DNA of 64,000 nt from an uncultured Methanosarcinales archaeon (GCA_964637115.1 CAZWVL010000004.1:75258-139257); one strand, 5' to 3'; counted from the first letter of the stretch, positions 41,532 to 51,162 are shown. Program-made: numbers and translations. Notes: generated by a model not told the origin, from the letters alone.

Positions 41532-44500
41532 ATGGTAAGCGCATCTCCTGAGATGAACAAGTATTTTGAACAGTTGAAGGCAGAAGTTGCCAGACTGCAC
41601 GGTGTTGCATCACGGGCGCGTTCAAAGAGCCGCGACCCAGAACTCGTTGTTGAAGTATCTCTTGCCGAGAATATGGCTCAGCGTGTTGTCGGCTTGATTT
41701 CTGTCATCGCTCCGCAAATCGTGAATTCTGGAGTTGTCGAGCGTATTATTGAGTTGGAAAAGCAGTATGGTTCTCTTGACTGGCGCGTCGCGCTAAAAAT
41801 ATCAGAAGAGGTCGCATTAGAGAAATTCTGTAAGTTTACTGACAAGAAAGAAGCAATGGAAATAGGCATACGTACTGGTTTTGCGTACGTGACAGTCGGA
41901 GTTGTAAGCTCGCCGTTGGACGGTATTGTCAATATCGAAATCAAGAAGCGCATGGACGGCAGGGGAGAGTATTTGTGTGTTAATTTCGCCGGTCCGATTA
42001 GAAATGCAGGAGGAACGGCCGCCGCCATCAGTGTCATCATCACTGATTACGTCCGTAAGTGCATGGGCTATGATGTTTATGACGCAACTGCGGATGAATG
42101 CAGGCGTGCCGTGACAGAACTGCAGGATTACCATGAACGTGTTACCAATTTGCAATACTTTCCTAGCGATAGGGAGGTTGATTTCTTGCTCAAGCACTTG
42201 CCTGTTGAGGTGGGAGGGGATGCGAGCGAACAGATTGAAGTATCCAATTATAAGGACCTGCCACGTGTTCCCACCAACAAGATCAGGAGCGGGTATTGTT
42301 TGGTTCTTTCAAGTTGTATTCCTTTGAAGGCACCGAAATTATGGCAGAAATTAGGCGCGTGGGGCAAGGATTTCGGTCTTGATGCGTGGAACTTCCTGGA
42401 GGAATTCTTGCATATTCAGAAGAAGGCAAAGGCTGGGAAGTCTTCTGTTTCTGCAGGCCAGAAAATCACGCCTGATTACACGTACATTTCTGACTTGGTG
42501 GCCGGCAGGCCTGTGCTTGGTTATCCGCTTCGTGCCGGCGGCTTTAGGTTGCGGTATGGCCGTTCTCGTACTTCTGGTTTAAGCGCGCAGGGCATGCATC
42601 CGGCAACTATGTATATTCTCAATCAGTATATTGCAACCGGCACGCAGCTGAAGACCGAACGTCCGGGGAAAGCTGCGAGTATGACTTCATGTGATTTGAT
42701 TGAAGGTCCGATTGTGTGCATGGCAGATGGTTCTGTGCTTCAGCTTCGTTCACTGGATGATGCTAAGCGTGCGCATCCGTTTGTTAAGGAAATTTTGTTT
42801 TTAGGTGACATTTTGGTTGCGTATGGCGATTTTTTCAACCGTGCGCACGTGCTTGCCCCTGCTGGTTATTGTCCTGAATGGTGGGCGCAGGAGGTTGAGA
42901 AGGCCGTTCAAAATGTGGAACTTGATGCTCGGCTGAAGGAGTTATTGGCGGACCCGTTAAGAAACATTCCAACAGCGTTGGAGGCTATTCAGATTGCGCG
43001 CACCACCCAGACTCCGCTGCATCCCGAATTTTCATTGTATTGGAACACGATTTCTCTTGACGAGTTTAGGGGTTTGTTGGACTGGTTTGATCACGCAAAA
43101 GTTCATACAACTGAGCATGGAGTCCTCAAGATTGTTTTGCCAAAGAGTGATGCCAAGCGTGCTCTCGAGCTTATCGGCTGCCCTCATTCTTTTGTGAATA
43201 ACGAGTTTGTCGTCATTGATAGGGATTTCGCTACAGTTCTTTCAGCGTTGCTGCATTTGTTGGAAGAAAAGCCCAGTACGCTCAAGAAATACATAGCGTC
43301 AGAGAAATCTGTTCTCGATGCTGTTAACCAGTTTGCTCCTTTTGCAGTCCGAGATAAGGCAGGAACTTTTATTGGTACGCGTATGGGTCGTCCTGAGAAG
43401 GCAAAGCAGCGTGAGCTTACAGGAAGTCCACACGTGTTGTTTCCGGTCGGAGAAGAAGGCGGGCGATTGCGCAGTTTCCAGAGTGCATTGGTGTCTGGAA
43501 AAGTCACTGCAGATTTTCCATTCTTTTATTGTCAGAAGTGCAATGCCGAGACTGTGTTGAGTGCGTGTGAGGTGTGCGGTTCTCCGGCACAGCAGAAGTG
43601 GAAATGTGTCCGTTGCGGTCTGATTGGAGAAAAAATTTGCAAAATTCATGGTGATGCTGAGAAGAGTTCTGAGCGTTCCATTCCGCTCAAACATTATTTT
43701 GATTGTATTCTCAAGCAGTTGAACATTAGACAATATCCTGAGCTTATCAAGGGCGTGCGTGGCACGAGCAACAAAGAACACATCCCTGAGCATTTGGGCA
43801 AGGGCATTTTACGCGCGCGGTATGATATTCACGTGTATAAGGATGGCACTACACGGTATGACATGACTCAGTTGCCCTTGACTCACTTTAAGCCGTGCGA
43901 GATTGGCACGCCTGTTTTGCGTTTGCGTGAGCTTGGCTACGTGAAAGACATTCACGGCAATGATTTAGTCAGCGATGATCAGATTCTTGAGATTAAGCCG
44001 CAGGATATTATTTTGCCGAGCTGTGATGAAAGTCCTGATGATGGCGCTGACAAGGTGTTGTTGAACATCGCTCGTTTTATCGATGATGAATTGGAATATC
44101 TTTATGGGTTGCCTAGGTTGTACAGCACGAATACAACCCTTGATCTTGTAGGACATCTTGTCATTGCGCTTGCTCCGCACACAAGTGCGGGAACATTGTC
44201 GCGTATTATTGGCTTTAGCAAGACACAGGGGCTGTTTGCGCATCCATTATTGCACGCTGCCACCAGAAGAGACTGTGATGGAGATGAGGCCTGTGTTATT
44301 TTGTTGATGGACGCATTTCTTAATTTTAGTAAGAAATACTTGCCTGGAAGTCGCGGTTCTACTATGGATACGCCGCTTGTGCTTACCAGCGTCTTAACTC
44401 CATCCGAAGTTGATGACATGGCATTTGACGTGGATATCGCTTGGAAATATCCGCTTGAGTTGTACGAAGCAAGTTTGCAGTATAAAATGCCTTGGGAAGT

Positions 44501-45023
44501 GAAGATTCCTCAGATTAAAAGTTGCCTCGGCAGGCCTGAGCAGTATGAAAAAATGGGTTTTACGCATGATATTACGAATCTGAACAAGGCAGTTCCGTGC
44601 AGTGCTTACAAAACCTTGCCTTCCATGGAAGAGAAGCTGAAAGGTCAGATGGACATTGCTGAAAAGTTGAGGAGTGTTGATGTTTCTGATGTTGCGCGTC
44701 TTGTTATTGAAAAGCATTTTCTGAAGGATACTAAGGGCAATTTGAGAAAGTTTTCTATGCAGGAATTTAGGTGTGTTCATTGTAATGAAAAATTCCGTCG
44801 CCCTCCATTGGTCGGCAAGTGCACTGAGTGCAATGGCAAGATTGTATTTACAATCAGCGAGGGTTCGATTGCGAAATATTTGGAGCCAACTATCTCTCTT
44901 GCAAAGAAGTATAATGTCTCTCCATACTTGCAGCAAACGATAGAATTACTGCGTGTCAGGATGGAGGCTGTCTTCGGAAAAGAGCCCGACAAGCAGGTCG
45001 GCCTTGGAGCGTGGTTTGGGTGA
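41532..45023 (+). CDS. polC: DNA polymerase II (PolD) large subunit DP2
   Basis: 1163 aa. Conserved segments GRPVLGYPLRAGGFRLRYGRSRTSGL, TRMGRPEKA, Cys clusters (CQKCNAE...CEVCGS; CVHCNEKFRRPPLVGKCTECNG), LFAHPLLHAATRRDCDGDE. No intein-sized insertion. Confidence 0.95.
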   Translation: MVSASPEMNKYFEQLKAEVARLHGVASRARSKSRDPELVVEVSLAENMAQRVVGLISVIAPQIVNSGVVERIIELEKQYGSLDWRVALKISEEVALEKFCKFTDKKEAMEIGIRTGFAYVTVGVVSSPLDGIVNIEIKKRMDGRGEYLCVNFAGPIRNAGGTAAAISVIITDYVRKCMGYDVYDATADECRRAVTELQDYHERVTNLQYFPSDREVDFLLKHLPVEVGGDASEQIEVSNYKDLPRVPTNKIRSGYCLVLSSCIPLKAPKLWQKLGAWGKDFGLDAWNFLEEFLHIQKKAKAGKSSVSAGQKITPDYTYISDLVAGRPVLGYPLRAGGFRLRYGRSRTSGLSAQGMHPATMYILNQYIATGTQLKTERPGKAASMTSCDLIEGPIVCMADGSVLQLRSLDDAKRAHPFVKEILFLGDILVAYGDFFNRAHVLAPAGYCPEWWAQEVEKAVQNVELDARLKELLADPLRNIPTALEAIQIARTTQTPLHPEFSLYWNTISLDEFRGLLDWFDHAKVHTTEHGVLKIVLPKSDAKRALELIGCPHSFVNNEFVVIDRDFATVLSALLHLLEEKPSTLKKYIASEKSVLDAVNQFAPFAVRDKAGTFIGTRMGRPEKAKQRELTGSPHVLFPVGEEGGRLRSFQSALVSGKVTADFPFFYCQKCNAETVLSACEVCGSPAQQKWKCVRCGLIGEKICKIHGDAEKSSERSIPLKHYFDCILKQLNIRQYPELIKGVRGTSNKEHIPEHLGKGILRARYDIHVYKDGTTRYDMTQLPLTHFKPCEIGTPVLRLRELGYVKDIHGNDLVSDDQILEIKPQDIILPSCDESPDDGADKVLLNIARFIDDELEYLYGLPRLYSTNTTLDLVGHLVIALAPHTSAGTLSRIIGFSKTQGLFAHPLLHAATRRDCDGDEACVILLMDAFLNFSKKYLPGSRGSTMDTPLVLTSVLTPSEVDDMAFDVDIAWKYPLELYEASLQYKMPWEVKIPQIKSCLGRPEQYEKMGFTHDITNLNKAVPCSAYKTLPSMEEKLKGQMDIAEKLRSVDVSDVARLVIEKHFLKDTKGNLRKFSMQEFRCVHCNEKFRRPPLVGKCTECNGKIVFTISEGSIAKYLEPTISLAKKYNVSPYLQQTIELLRVRMEAVFGKEPDKQVGLGAWFG

Positions 45024-45042
45024 GGACCGCGGGGTTCCAGAA

Positions 45043-45063
45043 GGGGCCGGCGGTTGAGGCCCC
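45043..45063 (+). other. GC-rich hairpin just downstream of the DP2 stop
   Basis: GGGGCC (45043-45048) pairs with GGCCCC (45058-45063). The loop is 9 nt. Confidence 0.5.
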
Positions 45064-45088
45064 TTCGATATCAAATGCGCAGCCTAAA

Positions 45089-45484
45089 ATGCGCCCCGGC
45101 GTCGGCGTTGGCGTCTTTGTTAGGAAGGACGGATTGATTTTATTGCAAAAACGTGTTGGTGCTCATGGAACTGGAACCTGGTCTCTGCCAGGCGGTCATC
45201 TGGAATATGGCGAAACTCCTGAGCAGACTGCAATAAGAGAAACCAAAGAAGAAGTTAATGTTGATATTAAAAATGTGAAAGTCATCGGATTGACAAATGA
45301 TATTCATCGTGAGGAAAACAAGCATTATATCACGATTTTTGTTGAAGCTGAGTATGCAGGTGGTGAGCCAAAAGCAAATGAGCCAGATTCCACAACAGAT
45401 GTTCGCTGGTGCTCGCCTGGTGAATTGCCTGAGCCTTTGTTTTTACCGGTCAAGAATTTCGTCGAAAACCGGAGGCTGTTATGA
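45089..45484 (+). CDS. Nudix hydrolase
   Basis: Nudix box GGHLEYGETPEQTAIRETKEEVNVD. The tracked GTG start (45011) would overlap DP2 and span the hairpin, so ATG 45089 is preferred. Confidence 0.85.
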   Translation: MRPGVGVGVFVRKDGLILLQKRVGAHGTGTWSLPGGHLEYGETPEQTAIRETKEEVNVDIKNVKVIGLTNDIHREENKHYITIFVEAEYAGGEPKANEPDSTTDVRWCSPGELPEPLFLPVKNFVENRRLL

Positions 45485-45765
45485 AACTTATTCGAAACAA
45501 CGTGCCCGAAATTATGAAAGCAAAAGGCGAAATTCCTAAAACGCATATTGCTGATGAGGAAGAATACAAGCGTTTGCTCATCGCTAAATTGGTGGAAGAA
45601 GCGCACGAATATCGCTTAAAGCCATCAGCTGAAGAATTGGGAGACGTCCTTGAAGTTGTGCACGCATTGGCAGAACAGTATGGCGGTTTTAACAAAGTTG
45701 ATGAAGTCAGGAAGAAGAAAACTGCTGAGCGTGGCAATTTTTCTAAAAAGATAGTCTTAGATTAA
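45481..45765 (+). CDS. MazG-like all-alpha NTP pyrophosphohydrolase (PRA-PH-like house-cleaning enzyme)
   Basis: MKLIRNNVPEIMKAKGE...EEEYKRLLIAKLVEEAHEY...EELGDVLEVVHALAEQYG...KKKTAERGNFSKKIVL matches the recalled family pattern. ATGA overlap with the Nudix gene. Confidence 0.7.
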   Translation: MKLIRNNVPEIMKAKGEIPKTHIADEEEYKRLLIAKLVEEAHEYRLKPSAEELGDVLEVVHALAEQYGGFNKVDEVRKKKTAERGNFSKKIVLD

Positions 45766-46065
45766 TTATTCGTGTATTAAGGCCGCTTGTGCGTGCGGTA
45801 TTCCTTTTATTTTTATAACGTGTTCTTTGTCAATTACATCTTCCTGGAGGCCGAGTGCAATGGCTTCGTCTCCGACTAAATTCACGCCATCCGCGTTCCT
45901 GATTAAATCTCCAATCTCCTGCACGCTTCTTTCTTCTCCTTTGTAGAAGTCTCCGCGCAGGTCGAGTTGCTTTCCATTTTCTTCAAATACTTGCCCGAGA
46001 AGTTCTTTGTCGCATACCGAGACAATAGTCCGGTGTTCTTTTCTGTGCAGTTTGACTAGCATCAT
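45766..46065 (-). CDS. DUF424-family protein
   Basis: MMLVKLHRKEHRTIVSVCDKELLGQVFEENGKQLDL..FYKGEE...IKGIPHAQAALI. ATGA overlap with the aIF2-beta stop. Confidence 0.6.
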   Translation of the reverse strand: MMLVKLHRKEHRTIVSVCDKELLGQVFEENGKQLDLRGDFYKGEERSVQEIGDLIRNADGVNLVGDEAIALGLQEDVIDKEHVIKIKGIPHAQAALIHE

Positions 46066-46472
46066 ATTTTGGACTTTACCGGGTGTTTGCTGCCGCACGC
46101 ACTGCACTTCAGGAAGCTGAAGTCGCCTTCTTTCTTGATTTCAGTATCTGGCTTGCCGCAGTCTGGGCATAAAACAAATTCGTGTGCGTATTGTTTTATC
46201 TTGTCGTTGATTCTGCTTGCAGCGATTTTTGCTCCCAGTACAAGCGAGCCCGATTTGTAAATCTCGCCTGGTGTTGCCAGTTCTTTCAAAACATATTTTA
46301 GCAAATGGTCTGCTTGCCTTCGCAGTGTGCTGGCTATCTGTAAGAAATTAGTAATGACGGTTTTATTGCCCTCAAGATGGCCGCGCACTTTTGGTATTTC
46401 AAAGCGTTCTTTTTCAAAGACGCTTTGCGGTAGTCGTTCCCTTGCGCGCTGTAATAGCTTGTCATATTCCAT
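46062..46472 (-). CDS. eif2b: Translation initiation factor aIF-2 beta subunit
   Basis: MEYDKLLQRARERLPQSV...FEIPKV...GNKTVITNF..IA..L.R...HLLKYVLKELAT and Zn-ribbon CPDCGKPDT...CSACGS. I start at the internal ATG 46470-46472. Confidence 0.93.
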   Translation of the reverse strand: MEYDKLLQRARERLPQSVFEKERFEIPKVRGHLEGNKTVITNFLQIASTLRRQADHLLKYVLKELATPGEIYKSGSLVLGAKIAASRINDKIKQYAHEFVLCPDCGKPDTEIKKEGDFSFLKCSACGSKHPVKSKI

Positions 46473-46495
46473 TCGGCAAAAAAGCATCGAAATCA

Positions 46496-46503
46496 TATAT
46501 AAA
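46496..46503 (-). promoter_or_regulatory. TATA-box-like element upstream of aIF2-beta
   Basis: Minus strand TTTATATA lies ~26 nt upstream of ATG 46472. Confidence 0.4.
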
Positions 46504-46566
46504 TCTTTGCTGTGCTGTCAACCAAAAGTATATATAGGCATATGTGCGAATAATGGAAGAAAAAGA

Positions 46567-47415
46567 ATGGTGCTGGAATCAATTTTTAATCCCCCAAGCG
46601 CAGAAAGACATCCGCTTGCAGTGTTTGGTCTTGGGTTTGTTTATGCAACGATTGCTATTTTCCTGGCGCTCTGGATTTTTGAGGAGCAGAGCAGCATGGT
46701 GATGGTGTTTTTGTCATCGCTCGCAGCTCTGCCGTTGATGTTTCACACGATGCGTTTTGAGGAGAACAAGGATTTGGTGGTGCAGGAACATCAATCAATG
46801 CTGCGCCAGCACGCTCCTGCATTGTTGTTTTATCTTACATTGTTTTGCGGTATGGCGGTTGCGTTTTCATTTTGGTATATTGCGCTTCCTGCAGACACCT
46901 CTTCAGGCCTGTTTCGCGTTCAAGCCCAAACCATTTCCAATCTGAACCAGCACGTTACCGGGAAAATTACGCAGTCAGCTTTGTTGAGTAAGATCTTTCT
47001 TAATAACATTAAAGTAGTTATTTTCTGTATTATGTTCAGTTTCTTGTACAGTTCTGGCGCGATTTTCATTTTGGCGTGGAACGCAAGCGTGATTGGAGCG
47101 GCTGTGGGGAACTTTGTTCGTTCGCATATGGCAAAGTTTGCTGGTGCAGAAGGAATGCCTCTTGTGGGCGCATATTTTTACGTTAGCTCTTTAAGCGTTC
47201 TGCGTTATGCTATTCACGGCATTCCGGAAATTTTTGCTTATATTGTTGCAGGCCTTGCAGGTGGTATTCTATCAATTGCAATTGTGAAGCACGATTTCGG
47301 AACGGGTAAGTTTGAGAAAGTGTTGCTGGACGTGTCTGATTTGGTTTTGTTGTCAGTTCTTATTTTATTCATCGCAGCAATTATAGAAGTGTTTGTTACG
47401 CCCGCTCTATTCTAA
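46567..47415 (+). CDS. SpoIIM-like (DUF95) membrane protein
   Basis: From MVLESIFNPPSAERHPLAVFGLGFVYATIAIF... The family-typical motif is HGIPEIFAYIVAGLAGG. The tracked start 46327 overlaps aIF2-beta and is rejected. Confidence 0.7.
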   Translation: MVLESIFNPPSAERHPLAVFGLGFVYATIAIFLALWIFEEQSSMVMVFLSSLAALPLMFHTMRFEENKDLVVQEHQSMLRQHAPALLFYLTLFCGMAVAFSFWYIALPADTSSGLFRVQAQTISNLNQHVTGKITQSALLSKIFLNNIKVVIFCIMFSFLYSSGAIFILAWNASVIGAAVGNFVRSHMAKFAGAEGMPLVGAYFYVSSLSVLRYAIHGIPEIFAYIVAGLAGGILSIAIVKHDFGTGKFEKVLLDVSDLVLLSVLILFIAAIIEVFVTPALF

Positions 47416-47925
47416 CACTTTCAGCTTTCCCGGCCGCGTTTCAAATAATTCTCCTACTGCAAGCAAGTGCACGATCTTTTCTTCATTGTTGCCGATTTTT
47501 GCCAGGACTGCATTGTAATCCGCTCCTTCGCCGGTATCAAGCGCTCTGACGATTGAGAGCACATCTGTTTGTTGCGTTTTAGTTGGCGCTGTTTTCTTTC
47601 TTAATTCCAGCCATTTTGGGTCAATTTTTTTTACGATTTCGCCTAGAACGTATTGTTGGTCGTTGTATACGCGCGGTCTTCCAATTACGAGCACTGGGTC
47701 GCCGATATTAACCGCAACCGGCGTTTCAAAACTTCTGACCAGAATGCTTCCCGTGCCATCATCGATTACTAAATCATTTGTGGATACAGCTATGCCGTAG
47801 ATTCTTAGCCTTTCCAAGGAAGTTCCATTTGAAAGAACGACTTGTACGGGAGTGTCTTCGTTTTGCTGGAAGCTTCCGCTAAGGAGTTCTGCTATCCATA
47901 TTGCAACTGCTGGTTTCCGCTCCAC
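47407..47925 (-). CDS. OB-fold plus winged-helix protein (RPA32 / RPA-associated-like)
   Basis: KPAVAIWIAELLSG...RLRIYGIAV...VIDDGTGSILVRSF...GDPVLVIGRPRVY is an OB pattern. The C-terminal part (VLSIVRALDTGEGADYNAVLAKIG) is wH-like. Assignment is by pattern only. Confidence 0.5.
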   Translation of the reverse strand: MERKPAVAIWIAELLSGSFQQNEDTPVQVVLSNGTSLERLRIYGIAVSTNDLVIDDGTGSILVRSFETPVAVNIGDPVLVIGRPRVYNDQQYVLGEIVKKIDPKWLELRKKTAPTKTQQTDVLSIVRALDTGEGADYNAVLAKIGNNEEKIVHLLAVGELFETRPGKLKVLE

Positions 47926-48014
47926 CCGTGAAAGGGCATATTGGTCTGCTATTTATTTTTATCGTGCTGTACATAAAGATTTAAATAGCTTCATAAGAGT
48001 GTTAGAATGAAAAA

Positions 48015-49094
48015 ATGGTGCAGCAAAGTTTGATTGAATACATTCAGAAACTCCTTAAGTTAGGTTATGATGCCGGCACTATCCGGACGACTTTGTTGAA
48101 TGCAGGCTATTCTCCTTATGATATTGATACGGCTCTTAGGATTGCAGGTGCGCCTGAACGTAAAATTGGAACAAAAACTCTTATTATTGCTTTTGTTGCA
48201 TTGTTGGTGCTTAGTGTTGCAGTTCTTTTAATGCTTAAGGCTTTGCAGAAGCCTCCCGTTCAATTGAGTTTTAATGTTGATTTGTTCAGCACTCAGGTTG
48301 AACCTGGCAGGGATTTGGTTATCAATGCCGCTATTGTCAATCCGAGTGGCAGCAAAACATCAGGTTTGATTGATTACGAAGTTGCCGGTCCTACGGGAGT
48401 GGTTGCAACAAAGACAGTGAGTTTTTCAGTTACGACTCAGTCTAGCGTTCCAACAGTTATTTCTATTCCTGTAACCGCTCCGTTAGGCACTTATTCTGTT
48501 GTTGCTAAGATGTCTTATGGTGCCAAGTTTGTTCAATTGTCGCGTAGTTTTGAAGTTGTGTCAAGGGCAGAAGTTCAAGTTCCTGGTGAAGTGTTAGTGC
48601 AAAAGAAGGAAGAACGGGCAAGAGAATTGCAATTGGCTTGTCCTGGCGGTTGTGATGATTTGAACTTTTGTACTGTTGATAAATGTGAGCTTGGAACTTG
48701 CGTTTATACTCCTATTGTGCCGTGCTGTGGCAACCGTCAGTGCGAAGAAGGAGAGTCTCCTTCCGCTTGCGCTCTTGACTGCAGTGAAAAGCCTATTAGT
48801 GTTGATGATATTACAAAGAAAGCTGTTGAGGCAGCAGCTGCTGATGTCGGCAGGGCTTCGGAGATTTGTGATAAGTTGGCCCAGCGCGTCTTTATTGATA
48901 CGTGTTTGATTGACGTGTCTGAAGCTGCCAAGTCAAAGGAGCCGTGCTCTTCTATAGTTGATTCTGAGAAGCGTGATGCTTGTTTGATCCCATTTGCATA
49001 TCAGGGCGACTACTCTGTATGCGCTGATATCACAAACAAGTACATGAAGAATTCGTGTTTGTCGTTGGCGCAGATGTCTCAGTTGAAAGTTTAA
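48015..49094 (+). CDS. Membrane-anchored Cys-rich surface protein
   Basis: Cytoplasmic helical N-domain (IEYIQKLLKLGYDAGTIRTTLLNAGYSPYDIDTALRIA), one TM, a beta-rich region, then the Cys cluster CPGGCDDLNFCTVDKCELGTCVYTPIVPCCGNRQCEEGESPSACALDC. Confidence 0.7.
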   Translation: MVQQSLIEYIQKLLKLGYDAGTIRTTLLNAGYSPYDIDTALRIAGAPERKIGTKTLIIAFVALLVLSVAVLLMLKALQKPPVQLSFNVDLFSTQVEPGRDLVINAAIVNPSGSKTSGLIDYEVAGPTGVVATKTVSFSVTTQSSVPTVISIPVTAPLGTYSVVAKMSYGAKFVQLSRSFEVVSRAEVQVPGEVLVQKKEERARELQLACPGGCDDLNFCTVDKCELGTCVYTPIVPCCGNRQCEEGESPSACALDCSEKPISVDDITKKAVEAAAADVGRASEICDKLAQRVFIDTCLIDVSEAAKSKEPCSSIVDSEKRDACLIPFAYQGDYSVCADITNKYMKNSCLSLAQMSQLKV

Positions 49095-51100
49095 ATTCTA
49101 CTGATGAATCCTCTTCTGGGCTCGAAGATGTCTCCTGCGCGCTTTAGTTTTTGAAGGATTTCTTCTGCTTCGGCTTCAGTGATATTCTTTTCCAATGCGG
49201 TTTTGATTATTTCTTCAACTTGTATGGCCTTGCCGACTTTTGCTTCGAGTTCGTGTATGATTTCTTTCATGACGACGAGCTTGTTTCTTGTGCTGGCCGG
49301 CGTTTCTGATAGCCTGTCAACGTCAAACGTTCCTGTTTTCTCATCATATGCAACTTGTCTGAGGCAGAAATCCATAAGTTCGACTGCCTTTCTTGCGTCC
49401 TTCTTGGTTACCTTATCGCTTAATCTTAATCTCGCGCTCGCTTCTGACAATCTTACGAGTCCTTCTAGTTGTCTTGCTGAGATTGGGACCGCCTTGAACC
49501 CCTCGCCGCTTGAACTCGCCCTCATTTTCAGATAGTAATCGCGCAGTTCTTCGATGGCTGCATCAGTTAGTTTTGGAAAGATGTTTTGTCTGGAAAATGC
49601 AAAGTATTTGCGCAGAGTTTTTGTGTCAATTTCCGGTTTTTCAACATTGTTTTTGTGCAGTTCAAGGATGAACTGTGCCATCTTTTCATCTTTGGCTTGA
49701 TCAGGAATATCCTTGATTGGAAAGATTAGGTCAAATCTGTTAATCAGGGTTGGCGCGAGATTGATCTGGTTTGCAACGGTGTCGTACGGGTCAAATCTTC
49801 CGAATTTTGGGTTTGCCGCTGCTAGCACGGTTGTCTCACAGCGTAATGATGCTTGGATGTTTGCTTTGCTGATCGTTACGCTTTGTTGTTCCAACGCTTC
49901 GTGCATTGCCCATCCGTCCTCCTTGCTCATCTTGTCCATTTCATCAATGCAGCAGAGGCCTCTGTTTGCTAATACTAATGCTCCTGCTTCAAGGCTCCAG
50001 CCTTGCAGGAATTCGTCCTTTACAACTGCCGCTGAAAGTCCTGCGCCACTTGAGCCGCGTCCGGTTACATACCGGGCCTTAGGAGCAACAAATTGCATTC
50101 TTTTGAGTAATTGTGATTTTGCAGCGCCCGGGTCTCCAACGAGCAGAACATGGATATCTCCTCTAGTGATCACACCATCATCTCTTTTCTTTCTCACGCC
50201 TCCTGCTAGTTGTAATGCAAGTGCCTCTTTTGTTTTTTCATGTCCGTAAATGCTTGGCGCCATGGAGTTGACGATTTTCTTCATTAATTGTGGGTCTTTT
50301 GCCAAATCCTTGATTTGTTTCAGATCTTCCGGAGAAATATTTATTTCACTGTAATCTTCATCGACTGCCTCGATTTGGTTTGCTTCTATGAACAGGTCAA
50401 ATTTTGTGCTTTGTCCTCCTGTTTTGAGAAAGATTGGAACTTCTTTGACCTGTCCCACCACTTGGACGCGCGCGCCAGGGTTGGTGCGTTTTTCCGTTAG
50501 TGGTGAGACTAGGTCGTTTCTGAGCAGGACGTTCATTCTTTTTGGTTGTTCTCCGCCTTCCAATTGCTCTGGCATTTCTTCCAGGACCATCATCTGCGCA
50601 TCATTCAGTTCTTTGCTCATCATTCTGAATTTTCCTTTTCTTCCACAGCTGCATCTTGTTGGTTCTTGGAATTTGCTGTCAAGCTGTAAAATGTTGAATA
50701 CGTTTCCGCAGCTTGGGCATTCGAATCTTGCTGAAGCAACTTGCGGTCTTATCTCTGATTTATTTCTGACAACACCGTCAAATGTGAGCATTTTATTGAG
50801 ATTCTTGCTTCTGATCTCTCTGACCATTATTCTGGCGCTTACAGGCAGTGCTCTGAAGCGCAGTACAAACCCTTTGACTTCCTTGCCAAGATTTAGCTGC
50901 TCAACTGCCAGTTCTCCTGCTTTGAGGATTTCTTCTGGCTGGTCTAAAAATAAGTCTGCCAGCTCCGGGTCAAAAACAGCAAGCGCGGCAAATTCTAGCG
51001 TTATGCTTTTTTCTCCTTTTCGTACGCGTTCTAAGAGCTGGTCATAGTATGTTTTCTCTAGAAATTCCTGCATCTTTGAAATAAGTGTTGCCGCGTCCAT
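49091..51100 (-). CDS. mcm: MCM replicative helicase
   Basis: Zn motif CPSCGN...CSCG, Walker A IHVLLVGDPGAAKSQLL, Walker B CCIDEMDKM, arginine finger region SVLAAANP. No intein. Confidence 0.95.
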   Translation of the reverse strand: MDAATLISKMQEFLEKTYYDQLLERVRKGEKSITLEFAALAVFDPELADLFLDQPEEILKAGELAVEQLNLGKEVKGFVLRFRALPVSARIMVREIRSKNLNKMLTFDGVVRNKSEIRPQVASARFECPSCGNVFNILQLDSKFQEPTRCSCGRKGKFRMMSKELNDAQMMVLEEMPEQLEGGEQPKRMNVLLRNDLVSPLTEKRTNPGARVQVVGQVKEVPIFLKTGGQSTKFDLFIEANQIEAVDEDYSEINISPEDLKQIKDLAKDPQLMKKIVNSMAPSIYGHEKTKEALALQLAGGVRKKRDDGVITRGDIHVLLVGDPGAAKSQLLKRMQFVAPKARYVTGRGSSGAGLSAAVVKDEFLQGWSLEAGALVLANRGLCCIDEMDKMSKEDGWAMHEALEQQSVTISKANIQASLRCETTVLAAANPKFGRFDPYDTVANQINLAPTLINRFDLIFPIKDIPDQAKDEKMAQFILELHKNNVEKPEIDTKTLRKYFAFSRQNIFPKLTDAAIEELRDYYLKMRASSSGEGFKAVPISARQLEGLVRLSEASARLRLSDKVTKKDARKAVELMDFCLRQVAYDEKTGTFDVDRLSETPASTRNKLVVMKEIIHELEAKVGKAIQVEEIIKTALEKNITEAEAEEILQKLKRAGDIFEPRRGFISRI

Positions 51101-51162
51101 TTACCAACCCCGTGTGTGCGAGAATATCGTCAATTAAAAAGGTTTATGGTGCTGGAGTTATT

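Noticed and set aside
46327-46566. 80-aa N-terminal extension of the SpoIIM-like ORF
   Set aside because: It is antisense to the aIF2-beta coding region and promoter. The hydrophobic family core starts at MVLESIF (46567).
50388-51047. 219-aa plus-strand ORF
   Set aside because: It is antisense to mcm. It is Ser/Leu-rich, as expected from the reverse frame of a K/E-rich gene.
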